Positions 43,361 through 52,228 are shown, numbered from the stretch's first letter. The stretch is DNA of 64,000 bases from Dissulfurispiraceae bacterium (GCA_036781645.1 DAIQAO010000003.1:2865-66864), one strand, 5' to 3'. Notes: generated from the sequence alone by a model not told the origin. Translations and numbers: made by a program.

Positions 43361-44706
43361 AGCTTTTCCCTCAAATCTCCGAGCACAGCCTTTTCGCCGA
43401 GGGCTTCCATTGCCTCTCCAATTGTATAAAAAGAGCCTGTAATTAAGATAAGCGGTTTGCCATTCTTGATTTGGGCTCCGTTCCCCCATGATTTTCCAAT
43501 ATCAAGAGCCATTTTCAATGCCTCTTTAACCGATGTAGCTGTCCTCGAATGGAAACCCTCCTTTAACGCCAGATTATGGAGTGCTTGAGGTGATGCTGCC
43601 CTGCCATAATTTGGTGAGGTAAAAATAATTTCATGACAGATGGGCATAAGAGGCTTTAGTATTCCAAGTATATCCTTATCGGACATGATACCTGTGACAA
43701 GAATAATTCTGTATTGTGAGAATTCCTTTTTCAAAAACTGAGATAGCTTGTTGGCAGCATCGGGGTTATGCGCCCCATCAACTATAATAAGCGGGTTTTT
43801 GGAGACTATTTCAAGCCTTCCCCTCCATACCGTTGAAGCCAGACCTGTTTTTATCTTCTCAATATCTATTTTATTATGATTTAGCCCAACCAACACAGCC
43901 TTGACAGCAACACAGGCATTTATCAACTGATAGTCCCCTGCAAGGGGTGTAAAAAGATTTGAGAGATTATAAGCTTTAGGGTCAAGATAATTAAATTTAA
44001 CCCCATTAATATCGGATATAATCATATCGCCATTAAAATCTCTGCCATACAAATAAAGAGGCGAAGTCTGCTCCATTGAGGTTTTGAGGATCACTTCTTC
44101 AGCCTCTTTTTCCTGAACTGAAGAAACAATGGGAATGCCGCTTTTTATTATGCCTGCCTTCTCTCCCGCGATAGCGGTGAGAGTATCACCAAGAAATTCC
44201 TTATGATCGTAGCTTATCCGCGTTATTACAGACGCTGCTGGAGTTATAACATTTGTGCAATCAAGCCGCCCGCCCATGCCAACCTCAATGACACCCCAAT
44301 CAATACCCTTTCTGCTGAAATATAAAAAAGCCATCGCAGTGACAAACTCAAAAAAGGTTGGTGTCTCTACATTAAGAGAATCAATGACAGATTTTACCTC
44401 CTGAGTGAGCTCTACAACCTCTGACTCGGTAATCTGGGTGCCATTGATAGTCATCCTTTCTGTGAAGCTTACAAGATGAGGTGATGTAAAAAGCCCAACA
44501 CTGAAGCCGTGTGCCCTTAGAATTGAGGCAATCATGGCTGATACAGAACCCTTCCCGTTAGTGCCAGCGATGTGGAATGTGCGAAAATCTTTATGAGGCG
44601 AACCCAAACTTGCGAGAATCAATGATATTTTCTCGAGGCCAAGTTTCACGCCATACTTTTGAAGGGCATATAAATAGTCTATTGATTTTTGGTAATCATT
44701 ATTCAT
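43357..44706 (-). CDS. folC: bifunctional folylpolyglutamate synthase / dihydrofolate synthase
   Basis: Mur-ligase P-loop HIAGTNGKGS. 449 aa. Confidence 0.93.
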   Translation of the reverse strand: MNNDYQKSIDYLYALQKYGVKLGLEKISLILASLGSPHKDFRTFHIAGTNGKGSVSAMIASILRAHGFSVGLFTSPHLVSFTERMTINGTQITESEVVELTQEVKSVIDSLNVETPTFFEFVTAMAFLYFSRKGIDWGVIEVGMGGRLDCTNVITPAASVITRISYDHKEFLGDTLTAIAGEKAGIIKSGIPIVSSVQEKEAEEVILKTSMEQTSPLYLYGRDFNGDMIISDINGVKFNYLDPKAYNLSNLFTPLAGDYQLINACVAVKAVLVGLNHNKIDIEKIKTGLASTVWRGRLEIVSKNPLIIVDGAHNPDAANKLSQFLKKEFSQYRIILVTGIMSDKDILGILKPLMPICHEIIFTSPNYGRAASPQALHNLALKEGFHSRTATSVKEALKMALDIGKSWGNGAQIKNGKPLILITGSFYTIGEAMEALGEKAVLGDLREKL

Positions 44707-44711
44707 ATTTT

Positions 44712-45488
44712 CTATTTAATAGCCTCTCTTAAACCTTTAATCCAATCTTCAGCAGATGATGGGTTTTCATGTAAAGTTTTCACAATTGCACTGCCCACAA
44801 TCACTCCATCTGCAAGATTGCTGAATATCTTGGCTTCTTCAGGAGTAGAAACGCCAAATCCGATGGCAAGAGGTTTATTCGTTGCTTTTCTTGCCAGTTC
44901 TATATGACTTCTGAAAGTCTCGTCAAGGGCGAGTTTTGACCCGGTTATGCCTGTCATCGAAACATAATATACAAAACCTGTGGAAGCAGAAACTATCTTT
45001 TCGATCCGTTCTTTCGTAGATGTAGGTGCTACGAGAAAAATTGTATCAAGCCCTGCCTTGTCTGCAAATGCTTTAAAATTAACTGCCTCCTCAGGAGGGA
45101 GGTCGGGTATTATAACTCCGTCAACACCAGAATCAATGGCATCGGATACAAATCTTTCTTCGCCGTATTTGAAAATAGGGTTGTAATAAGTCATTAAAAT
45201 AATTGGGATGTCTGTATGCCCCCTTATTTCTTTTACAAAAGGAATGATTTTTTTGAGAGTTACACCAGCCTGCAAAGCCCTCTCAGCCGCCCGCTGAATT
45301 GTTGGACCATCAGCAAGCGGGTCAGAGAAAGGCACTCCAAGCTCAATGATATCTGCACCGCGCTCCTTAAGTAGCATTATATACTCAAAGGTCTTATCGA
45401 GCGATGGATCTCCTGCCATGATGTAAGGGATAAATGCCTTTTTGTTTTTTTCTTTAAGATTCTTGAATGTCTTATCGATTCTGTTCAT
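44712..45488 (-). CDS. trpA: tryptophan synthase alpha chain
   Basis: ELGVPFSDPLADGPTIQ and GFGVS motifs. 258 aa. Confidence 0.96.
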   Translation of the reverse strand: MNRIDKTFKNLKEKNKKAFIPYIMAGDPSLDKTFEYIMLLKERGADIIELGVPFSDPLADGPTIQRAAERALQAGVTLKKIIPFVKEIRGHTDIPIILMTYYNPIFKYGEERFVSDAIDSGVDGVIIPDLPPEEAVNFKAFADKAGLDTIFLVAPTSTKERIEKIVSASTGFVYYVSMTGITGSKLALDETFRSHIELARKATNKPLAIGFGVSTPEEAKIFSNLADGVIVGSAIVKTLHENPSSAEDWIKGLREAIK

Positions 45489-45593
45489 AGTGTTATTACG
45501 CTGATCTCTTCAGTATAATGAATTAATATTATAAATTTTCTCAAAGTGATTTAATTAAGTTATAAACCTGATTCTTCCATCTAATGTAAGCCA

Positions 45594-45746
45594 CTAATTC
45601 CCATCAGTAATCCAGAAGAAAGGGTAGCCAAGATTTTCATTTTTTAAAACCGATAAATCTATCGAGGTCTTCTTAAATTCATCTTGTATAAATTCAAAAA
45701 AAGATATTTTAGATGCAAAATCTATATATATAATCTCTTTATCCAT
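45594..45746 (-). CDS. hypothetical 50-aa ORF directly downstream of the methyltransferase
   Basis: Own translation: MDKEIIYIDFASKISFFEFIQDEFKKTSIDLSVLKNENLGYPFFWITDGN. The ATG lies 1 nt after the methyltransferase stop. It is below the ORF-track size cutoff and I see no recognisable motif. Confidence 0.25.
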   Translation of the reverse strand: MDKEIIYIDFASKISFFEFIQDEFKKTSIDLSVLKNENLGYPFFWITDGN

Positions 45747-45747
45747 A

Positions 45748-47267
45748 CTATTTTTTTTGATAAACAAGCAAATATTGGTGATTTATCTGAAGATTTCCAG
45801 TCTCACATCCACTGCCAGGATGTCCATTGTCTTCATCTGTAACAATTATTATTTCTTTTAAATAGAGATTCTTATTGTCGGCAAGCATATTAAATATTCT
45901 TTTAGCTGTGAGTTCAATGTAATCGCCTATCCTTATATCTTTTGTCTGAATAACGCAGTATCCATCGAGTTCTAAATGGGCTAAATTCAATTGAATAAAC
46001 TCTTTTATATCTTTGAGATATTGATTTGTTAGAGCCGCTGAAGAAGGCGAATTTAAGAGAAAAGGGGTTCTAATAAATATTAAATCATTTTTTGGGGGAA
46101 TAATTTTTTCGTTATTTCTCCCCTGCTCCTTTTTTAAAAAAGAAAAATCTATAATTTGATATGTTTTCTTTTTTGAGTATCTTTTGATAACATTTTCATC
46201 TATGCTATCTTGAAAGTCCTTTGTTGGGAATATCCATACCGTTGTGCCCTCTATTGTATCTATTTTTCTTCTTGAAGTTAGTTTATCGATGTATGGGAAA
46301 ACTACACTATGTTGTGTCGAGGGTTCCTCAACTTTGTAGTGGTCCTGGGAGAGCGGTTTTTCAAAAATAGGAAGATACTCATGAGCCAACAAAAGGAAAT
46401 TGAATTTAATACTGTTTGCATACCAAAAACCAGTTGTCTTGCAATTATGTTGACGCTTAATTATAAGTTCTTTTAATTTAAATCCAGCATTAAGAAAAAC
46501 ATTTATTAACTTGAACCCTAAAGGTATTACATATTTATGTTTTCTCATGTCTCCTACGAGAATGGCACATTGGTGTCCTGGCTTTAATACTCTAAAACTT
46601 TCCTGTGCAACTTTTTCCATTTTTTTAAGAAATGCTCAATATCGAAATAAGATAAGTCCCCATCTTTATTTTCTGTGTATTGGATGATATTAGCATACGG
46701 TGGATGGGCACATATGAGGTCAATAGAGTTGTTGGATAAAAATGATAAATTACAGGCATCACCGACAAAAATCTCTGGTTCATATATTGGTTTTTTACAA
46801 AAGTGTGCGGGAATTTCAAAGTTGAGATTTTTTCTTGTCAACTCTATCGCTTTCTCATTAATGTCAAAGGCAATGCATTTCCTGCTTAATAGTTTCGATT
46901 CCACAGCTGTAGTGCCCGCTCCGCAGAAATAATCTAAGACGAGATCATCCGGTTTAGAGTATTTCAGAATCACATTTCTTGGTATGTATGGTGACCAATT
47001 GCCCCTATATTCCCCGCTATGGGTTGCCCAATTTCCTCTATTTTTAAAACTCCACACAGTAGTAGCTTCTTCATTAAAGTCCTGGGGTTGCCATGTCTTG
47101 ATCTTTTTTTCAGTCTTGATGGAGCTGACAGTAATGCCAACCGCCTTTCTTATTATTTTTTCAAGTTGACGATAATTTATTTTATATTTTCTGCTTATTT
47201 CCAAATCGGTTAAGCCTTGTTCTTTATCTTTTACTATTTCTTTTTCAAGAGAACGGGTAATCATCAC
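45748..47267 (-). pseudogene. N6/N4-type DNA methyltransferase with an internal degenerate duplication, frame-broken at a poly-A run
   Basis: ORF 46584..47267 carries motif I (DYFCGAGTT) and motif IV (AHPPY). ORF 45748..46620 continues the fold (VLKPGHQCAILVGD...). The two frames join if the A7 run (46620-46626 on the plus strand) were A8. Confidence 0.8.
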
Positions 47268-48454
47268 AACTCTATACCTTTAATCCTTGCTACATGCTGA
47301 ACATCTTTATCCCCTCTGCCAGAGAGATTGATGACAATGATTTTGTCGCTGGCTAATGTAGGAGCGAGCTTTACAGCCTCGGCAATAGCATGAGCCGATT
47401 CGAGGGCTGGTATTATGCCTTCGGTATTGGATAAAAGTTCGAAGGCTGAAAGGGCTTCATCATCAGTGGCATAAGTATATTGAACCCTTTTGATATCTCT
47501 AAGATAGGGATGTTCAGGGCCTATCGAGGCATAATCCAAGCCAGCAGATACGGAGTGTGTTCCAAGGACATTGCCGTCATCATCCTGAAGAAGGTAGCTT
47601 TTGCATCCCTGAAAGACCCCTATTGAACCGTCAGCAAACCGCGCTGCATGTTCGCCTGTCTCTATACCTTTGCCTCCTGCCTCTACGCCAATCATCTTTA
47701 CATTATCTTCTATGAACTCATGGAATAAACCCATTGCATTACTGCCGCCTCCAACGCAAGCGATTAGATAGTCAGGGAGTCTTCCTTCTGCCCTCATAAT
47801 CTGCTTTTTAGCCTCAGCCCCTATCACCGATTGAAAATCCCTTACCATAAGAGGAAAAGGGTGTGGCCCGAACACTGTGCCTAAAACATAATGAGTAGTT
47901 CTAACATTAGTAGTCCAATCACGCAGGGCTTCGTTTATGGCATCCTTGAGGGTTTTAGAACCAATAGAAACCTCTATAACCCTTGCTCCTAAAAGTCTCA
48001 TCCTAAATACATTCAGTGCCTGCCTCTGGATATCTTCAGAGCCCATATAGATATCGCATTCAAGTCCTACAAGAGCTGCACCCGTTGCTGTGGCAACTCC
48101 GTGCTGTCCAGCGCCAGTCTCAGCTATTAAGCGTTGCTTATTCATTCTCTTAGCAAGCAGCGCCTGCCCGATCGCATTGTTAATCTTGTGAGCGCCGGTA
48201 TGAGCTAGGTCTTCGCGCTTCAGATATATCTTAGCCCCCCCAAGATGTGCTGTCAGGCGTCTTGCAAAGTAAAGCGGTGTAGGTCTTCCAATGTATGTTT
48301 TCTGGAGCAGGCTCAAATCCCTCTTGAATGCCCTGTCATTCTTTGTCTTTGTGTAGTGATGTTCGAGTTCTTCAAGGGCAGGCATAAGGGTTTCAGGCAC
48401 AAATCTCCCTCCGTATGAGCCAAAGTAGCCTTTTTTATCTGGTGTTATATTAAT
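47264..48454 (-). CDS. trpB: tryptophan synthase beta chain (probable non-canonical ATT start)
   Basis: PLP site HTGAHKINN. The conserved N-terminal [15 protein letters not shown] lies upstream of the first GTG (48400). The only SD-spaced codon there is ATT (48454-48452), 6 nt after GGGAGG. Confidence 0.9.
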   Translation of the reverse strand: MNITPDKKGYFGSYGGRFVPETLMPALEELEHHYTKTKNDRAFKRDLSLLQKTYIGRPTPLYFARRLTAHLGGAKIYLKREDLAHTGAHKINNAIGQALLAKRMNKQRLIAETGAGQHGVATATGAALVGLECDIYMGSEDIQRQALNVFRMRLLGARVIEVSIGSKTLKDAINEALRDWTTNVRTTHYVLGTVFGPHPFPLMVRDFQSVIGAEAKKQIMRAEGRLPDYLIACVGGGSNAMGLFHEFIEDNVKMIGVEAGGKGIETGEHAARFADGSIGVFQGCKSYLLQDDDGNVLGTHSVSAGLDYASIGPEHPYLRDIKRVQYTYATDDEALSAFELLSNTEGIIPALESAHAIAEAVKLAPTLASDKIIVINLSGRGDKDVQHVARIKGIEL

Positions 48455-48561
48455 TTTTAACCTCCCTTTGCAAGCTAAGACTAATTATTATATCACAATG
48501 TTCTGAGGGTATTTTTTATCTGGTTTTACTAATAAGGTCATAAGTAGGAAGACATGGATTA

Positions 48562-48668
48562 TCAAATCCCTCCTAACCTCCCTTTGCCCCCTCGAACTGC
48601 ACTCGGGGCAGGCTCCAGGAGGGAATATACCCCTCTTTGTCAAAGAGGGGTGAGGGGAGATTTTTTGA
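48562..48668. repeat. 107-bp inverted-repeat element (CCCTCC / GGGGAG-rich arms)
   Basis: TCAAATCCCTCCTAACCTCCCTTTG ... CAAAGAGGGGTGAGGGGAGATTTTTTGA. The central perfect palindrome is CCCCTCTTTG-T-CAAAGAGGGG. Confidence 0.6.
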
Positions 48669-48699
48669 TAATGATGCCTTATTTATGCACTCCTTAGTA

Positions 48700-48756
48700 A
48701 TTACCCAAATTTAGCGATAGTAAGGGCTGTTTAGTTTTATCACCGATTTGGGTAAC
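48700..48756. repeat. core-less mini copy of the family-1 element (two termini back to back)
   Basis: TACCCAAATTTAGCGATAGTAAGG ... TTTTATCACCGATTTGGGTA. Both arms match the family-1 terminus consensus. Confidence 0.4.
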
Positions 48757-48913
48757 TATCTGGGTTTTAAACTTATTCTGCTGATTCTGCTATATTATCA
48801 TGAAAAGGGGGGAAAATCCCCCCGCTTAGCAAGGTGAGCTATATTATTGAATCACTCTTCTGATCGGTTGCAAGTAAAAAACTAGATAACAGGAAACTAC
48901 AAGATAAATTATC

Positions 48914-50608
48914 ATGTCAGGCTATACAGGCAAAAGCATAATAGTTGATTTAACAAGACAGGAGATAACGATTGATAAAATTTCTCCTGAACTTTACGAG
49001 GAATATATTGGCGGCAGAGGCATAGGCGTTTCAATGGTTGCTGATAGCATTTCTGCCGATTGTTATTCCCCTGAGATGCCTATTATATTTGCAACTGGCC
49101 CCCTCACAGGCACCCCTTCGATAACATCTGGGAGGATTTCTGTCATATCCAAATCTCCCCTAACAGGAACAGTGTTTGATTGCTCAGCAGGCGGTCGTTT
49201 CGGGACGAGGTTGAAAAAGGCAGGATACGACATTATTGAAATCAGGGGGGTATCGCAAAGTTGGGTTTCCCTTATTATTGACAATGACAAAGTTGTTATC
49301 GCTGACGCATCACGTCTTGCAGGCAAAAACATTTCCAAATTGAAAGATTCTATGGATAATGATTTCTCTTCGGCACTGATCGGCATAGCAGGCGAAAAAC
49401 AGGTTAGATTTGCCGCTATTGTTTTTGATGGACACTATTGCGCGGGCAGGGGCGGCCTAGGCGCTGTGATGGGCGCTAAGAAATTAAAGGCAATATTTGT
49501 CCGAGGTAATGGCGAGATAACAGTCGCTGATACCGATGGACTTCAGAAGGCAAATACAGAGATAATGAGGCTTTTGAGGGCTTCACCTGCTATTTATGGC
49601 GAATTTGGTCTATCAAAATTCGGAACTGCAGCCCTTGTTGATCTTATACACTCAAGAAGGATGGAGCCTACAAATAATTTTAGAGATACTTTCTTCAGTG
49701 AGGCTTCCAATTACTCAGGATATAATCTCAAAAAAAGCTTTAATTCTAAAAATACAGGTTGTGCCGGCTGTCCGGTGCTTTGCAAAAAAGTGGGCAAAAA
49801 CGGAGAGATTATACCTGAATATGAAACGGTCTCGCATTTTGGAGCATTAAACTGCTGTGGAGATATTCAATCAATACTAATGGCGAACGATATATGCAAC
49901 GACTACGGTATGGACACGATAAGCGCCGCCTCAACTATAGCCTGCTACACCGAGATTGAGGGCAAAAAACTATCTCCTTCCGAGATTATCGAACTTCTCA
50001 AGGCTATAGGAAACCGTAGCCAAATTGGAAATAAACTTGCCGAAGGGTCTTTCAGATATGCATCTTATGCTGGATGCCCAGAATTAAGCATGTCAGTTAA
50101 AGGACTCGAACTGCCCGCCTACGATCCAAGAGGCGCCTATGGAATGGCTCTTGCCTATGCCACATCTAATAGGGGGGGATGTCATTTGAGGGCTTACCCT
50201 ATAAGCCATGAGATACTGCGGAAACCTGTTGCTACAGATAGATTTTCCTTCGAAGGCAAGGCAAGAATAATCAAGATAGCAGAGGATCTTAACGCTGTGG
50301 TTGATTCTATGACTGCGTGCAAGTTTATTTTCTTTGCAGCAGGGCTTGAAGAATATTCAAAAGTTTTAAAGGCAGTAACGGGGGATAATCACGATGTCCA
50401 ATCCCTTTTAAGAACTGGAGAGAAAATCTGGAATCTTGAAAGAAGTCTTAATGAGTCCATCGGCTTCAATAAAACCCATGATGACCTGCCAAAGAGGTTT
50501 TTCACAGAAGAAGGCTCTTCAAGTCGAAATATCAAAATCCCGCCAATCAATAGAAAGGAATTTCTTAAGGCAAAGGAAAGATATTATCGGATCAGAGGTT
50601 ACTTTTAA
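48914..50608 (+). CDS. aldehyde:ferredoxin oxidoreductase family (tungstopterin) enzyme
   Basis: GYTGKSIIVDLT...YIGGRGIG N-terminus, the CxxC...C 4Fe-4S ligands (CAGCPVLC) and the GMDTISA block. Confidence 0.88.
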   Translation: MSGYTGKSIIVDLTRQEITIDKISPELYEEYIGGRGIGVSMVADSISADCYSPEMPIIFATGPLTGTPSITSGRISVISKSPLTGTVFDCSAGGRFGTRLKKAGYDIIEIRGVSQSWVSLIIDNDKVVIADASRLAGKNISKLKDSMDNDFSSALIGIAGEKQVRFAAIVFDGHYCAGRGGLGAVMGAKKLKAIFVRGNGEITVADTDGLQKANTEIMRLLRASPAIYGEFGLSKFGTAALVDLIHSRRMEPTNNFRDTFFSEASNYSGYNLKKSFNSKNTGCAGCPVLCKKVGKNGEIIPEYETVSHFGALNCCGDIQSILMANDICNDYGMDTISAASTIACYTEIEGKKLSPSEIIELLKAIGNRSQIGNKLAEGSFRYASYAGCPELSMSVKGLELPAYDPRGAYGMALAYATSNRGGCHLRAYPISHEILRKPVATDRFSFEGKARIIKIAEDLNAVVDSMTACKFIFFAAGLEEYSKVLKAVTGDNHDVQSLLRTGEKIWNLERSLNESIGFNKTHDDLPKRFFTEEGSSSRNIKIPPINRKEFLKAKERYYRIRGYF

Positions 50609-50611
50609 TTT

Positions 50612-50778
50612 CTAACGGAGCGATAAGAAAGGCTTCTTGAGCATTTTTACCATCGAAGAATTTTTTATATTTGGCTTGATCTTTTTTAAAGCAAGGGGGT
50701 TAGCCAAAATTTCATCGAGCTTTCTTTTATAAAGGGTCGTATAAAAATTTTTCGCCAGCCTTTCTATAAAATCTTTAG
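50612..50778. repeat. family-1-like palindromic element, copy G (divergent)
   Basis: Termini CTAACGGAGCGATAAGAAAGGC / GCCTTTCTATAAAATCTTTAG are inverted and match the terminus consensus. Confidence 0.4.
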
Positions 50779-50905
50779 AGTGCTTTATATTTCTAACTCC
50801 TCACGCAGTTCTGAGAATTCAAGAATTAATAAACTATCCCGCTATCGGTTAGCTATATAAGACGCTTTTGGTGTTTTTATCGATATTCTTCTCCATAGGT
50901 GTCTG

Positions 50906-50960
50906 AAATAATATTCAAGCAGGAATTATGAAACGATTTCTTTGCCCAAGAACTATCTTC
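50906..50960. repeat. 55-bp family-2 repeat, second copy
   Basis: AAATAATATTCAAGCAGGAATTATGAAACGATTTCTTTGCCCAAGAACTATCTTC. By eye it differs from 31528-31582 by a few substitutions and one indel. Confidence 0.65.
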
Positions 50961-50968
50961 GTCCATGT

Positions 50969-51107
50969 CCTAAAATAGCGATAAGCACCTCATCATTGCG
51001 ACCCTGAGCAAAGCGAAAGGGAAGCAATCTCGCCTTTATTATTAAGATTGCCACGAACCCTACGGGTTCTCGCAATGGACAGGTATGATTTTTCTCAATA
51101 TTTTAAA
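50969..51107. repeat. palindromic intergenic element, copy C (family 1)
   Basis: CCTAAAATAGCGATAAGCACCTCATCATTGCGACC...GAAGCAATC...GATTGCCAC...TCTCGCAATGGAC...TTTTTCTCAATATTTTAAA. Closely parallels copy A. Confidence 0.7.
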
Positions 51108-51328
51108 TTACGACAAAATTCCCTTTCTTAGTAAGAATTTTTTCTTAGAAAAACTAGGCATTCTTCCAATTATATTTTCCCCGACAAACTGATATTCTTA
51201 AATTAACAAGACAGCAGGAGGTGTTACAAGGGCATTGAAACAATATCAACCGAAGGGCATGGTCGCAGATGCACATTAAGGCATCTCAATAAATCAACTA
51301 ATTTAAGATTAAAAAAAGGAGGTTTAAG

Positions 51329-51730
51329 ATGTTTTTCTACAAAGGTGGACAGACAGTCAAGAAAGGAACTTACTGGGATTCTGAGAGGAGGACAAAGATA
51401 GTTATCGATTCAGAGGGCACCCTGCCGGGAAGCAAAAGGGACATATATTTCAAGCTCCCTGAGAGCTATTTATTAATCCCGCTTCTGCTGTTAGGGTTGT
51501 TTCTCTCGATGGCTCTTCCATACGGGATGGGTGTAGTAGCGTTTATAGCCATAATAATTCTTTCAGCGACACTATACACTGCAGGACTGGCAAGCTTGCG
51601 TCTGTTTAAGGAGATGTTGGGCAAGACAGCTACTTTTGATTATACGCCTACAACTGCTTATATGGCAGGCAAGAAAGTTAAGAAGGTTAATAGGGAAAAC
51701 AAAGAGGCTGATGAAAAGACAGCCGATTAA
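51329..51730 (+). CDS. small two-helix membrane protein, paralog 1 of an unrecognised family
   Basis: 133 aa with AAGGAGG SD. N-terminus MFFYKGGQTVKKGTYW...LPG...IYFKLPE. Hydrophobic hairpin with a PYGMG turn. Lys-rich tail after TPTTAYMAGKK. Confidence 0.75.
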   Translation: MFFYKGGQTVKKGTYWDSERRTKIVIDSEGTLPGSKRDIYFKLPESYLLIPLLLLGLFLSMALPYGMGVVAFIAIIILSATLYTAGLASLRLFKEMLGKTATFDYTPTTAYMAGKKVKKVNRENKEADEKTAD

Positions 51731-51764
51731 AACTCTGTATGAATTTATTTCAAGGAGGTGAGCG

Positions 51765-52172
51765 ATGGGCATTTATCACGGTGGAATAGCTGTCACAAGG
51801 GGTGTTTACTGGAACCCAATTGATGGACAGAGTGTGAGCATCAGGAAGCGAAATATTTTGCCTGGAGATGAGAGCAGGAAATACCTTAAGGTATCTTCAG
51901 CGTGGCTTCTGCTGGTTGCACCCCTTATTGCTATGGTTTTTATACTTTTTTTACCGCTTTTGGGTATAGGCGTTCTATTATCCCTGGCGGCGATACCGCT
52001 TATCAAGCTCTCTTTTGAGGTTATTGCAAGCGCAGTTCGTATATGTTCAGGTCTTCATACAAGAAGGGTTGTGCACAAATGGAGCTTTTCAGGGAAGCTG
52101 CACAAACACAATAAAAGGCTAACTGATGACTTGAATCAAAAACGGGATGGCACAAGCAATAAGAATTGCTAA
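51765..52172 (+). CDS. small two-helix membrane protein, paralog 2 (divergent)
   Basis: 135 aa with AGGAGG SD. GGIAVTRGVYW...LPGDE...YLKV. Hairpin with a PLLGIG turn. Basic tail after HKWSFSGK. Confidence 0.7.
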   Translation: MGIYHGGIAVTRGVYWNPIDGQSVSIRKRNILPGDESRKYLKVSSAWLLLVAPLIAMVFILFLPLLGIGVLLSLAAIPLIKLSFEVIASAVRICSGLHTRRVVHKWSFSGKLHKHNKRLTDDLNQKRDGTSNKNC

Positions 52173-52228
52173 GGTAAAGGTTTTAAAGTAAAACTTTTGA
52201 CGAATTAAAAGCAAACAAGGAGGACAGG

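Noticed and set aside
43361-43489. A 43-codon N-terminal extension of lptD overlapping folC.
   Set aside because: The extension (MGERSPNQEW...) precedes the signal-like helix and overlaps the folC 3' end by 133 nt. A TTG at 43360 gives a normal Lys-rich n-region plus hydrophobic signal and a TTGA stop/start overlap.
48669-48913. A possible Moco/Tuco riboswitch upstream of the tungsten-type AOR gene.
   Set aside because: I cannot recognise the conserved Moco-motif helices by eye. Most of the region is taken up by a repeat mini-copy and a simple G6/C6 hairpin. It needs an Infernal scan, so no call is made.
50620-50800. A minus-strand translation that looks vaguely protein-like (...FIERLAKNFYTTLYKRKLDEILANPLALKKIK...), considered as a gene remnant.
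   Set aside because: It has no start codon and is under 60 codons. The segment is bounded by inverted termini matching the family-1 repeat, so the repeat explanation is more economical.
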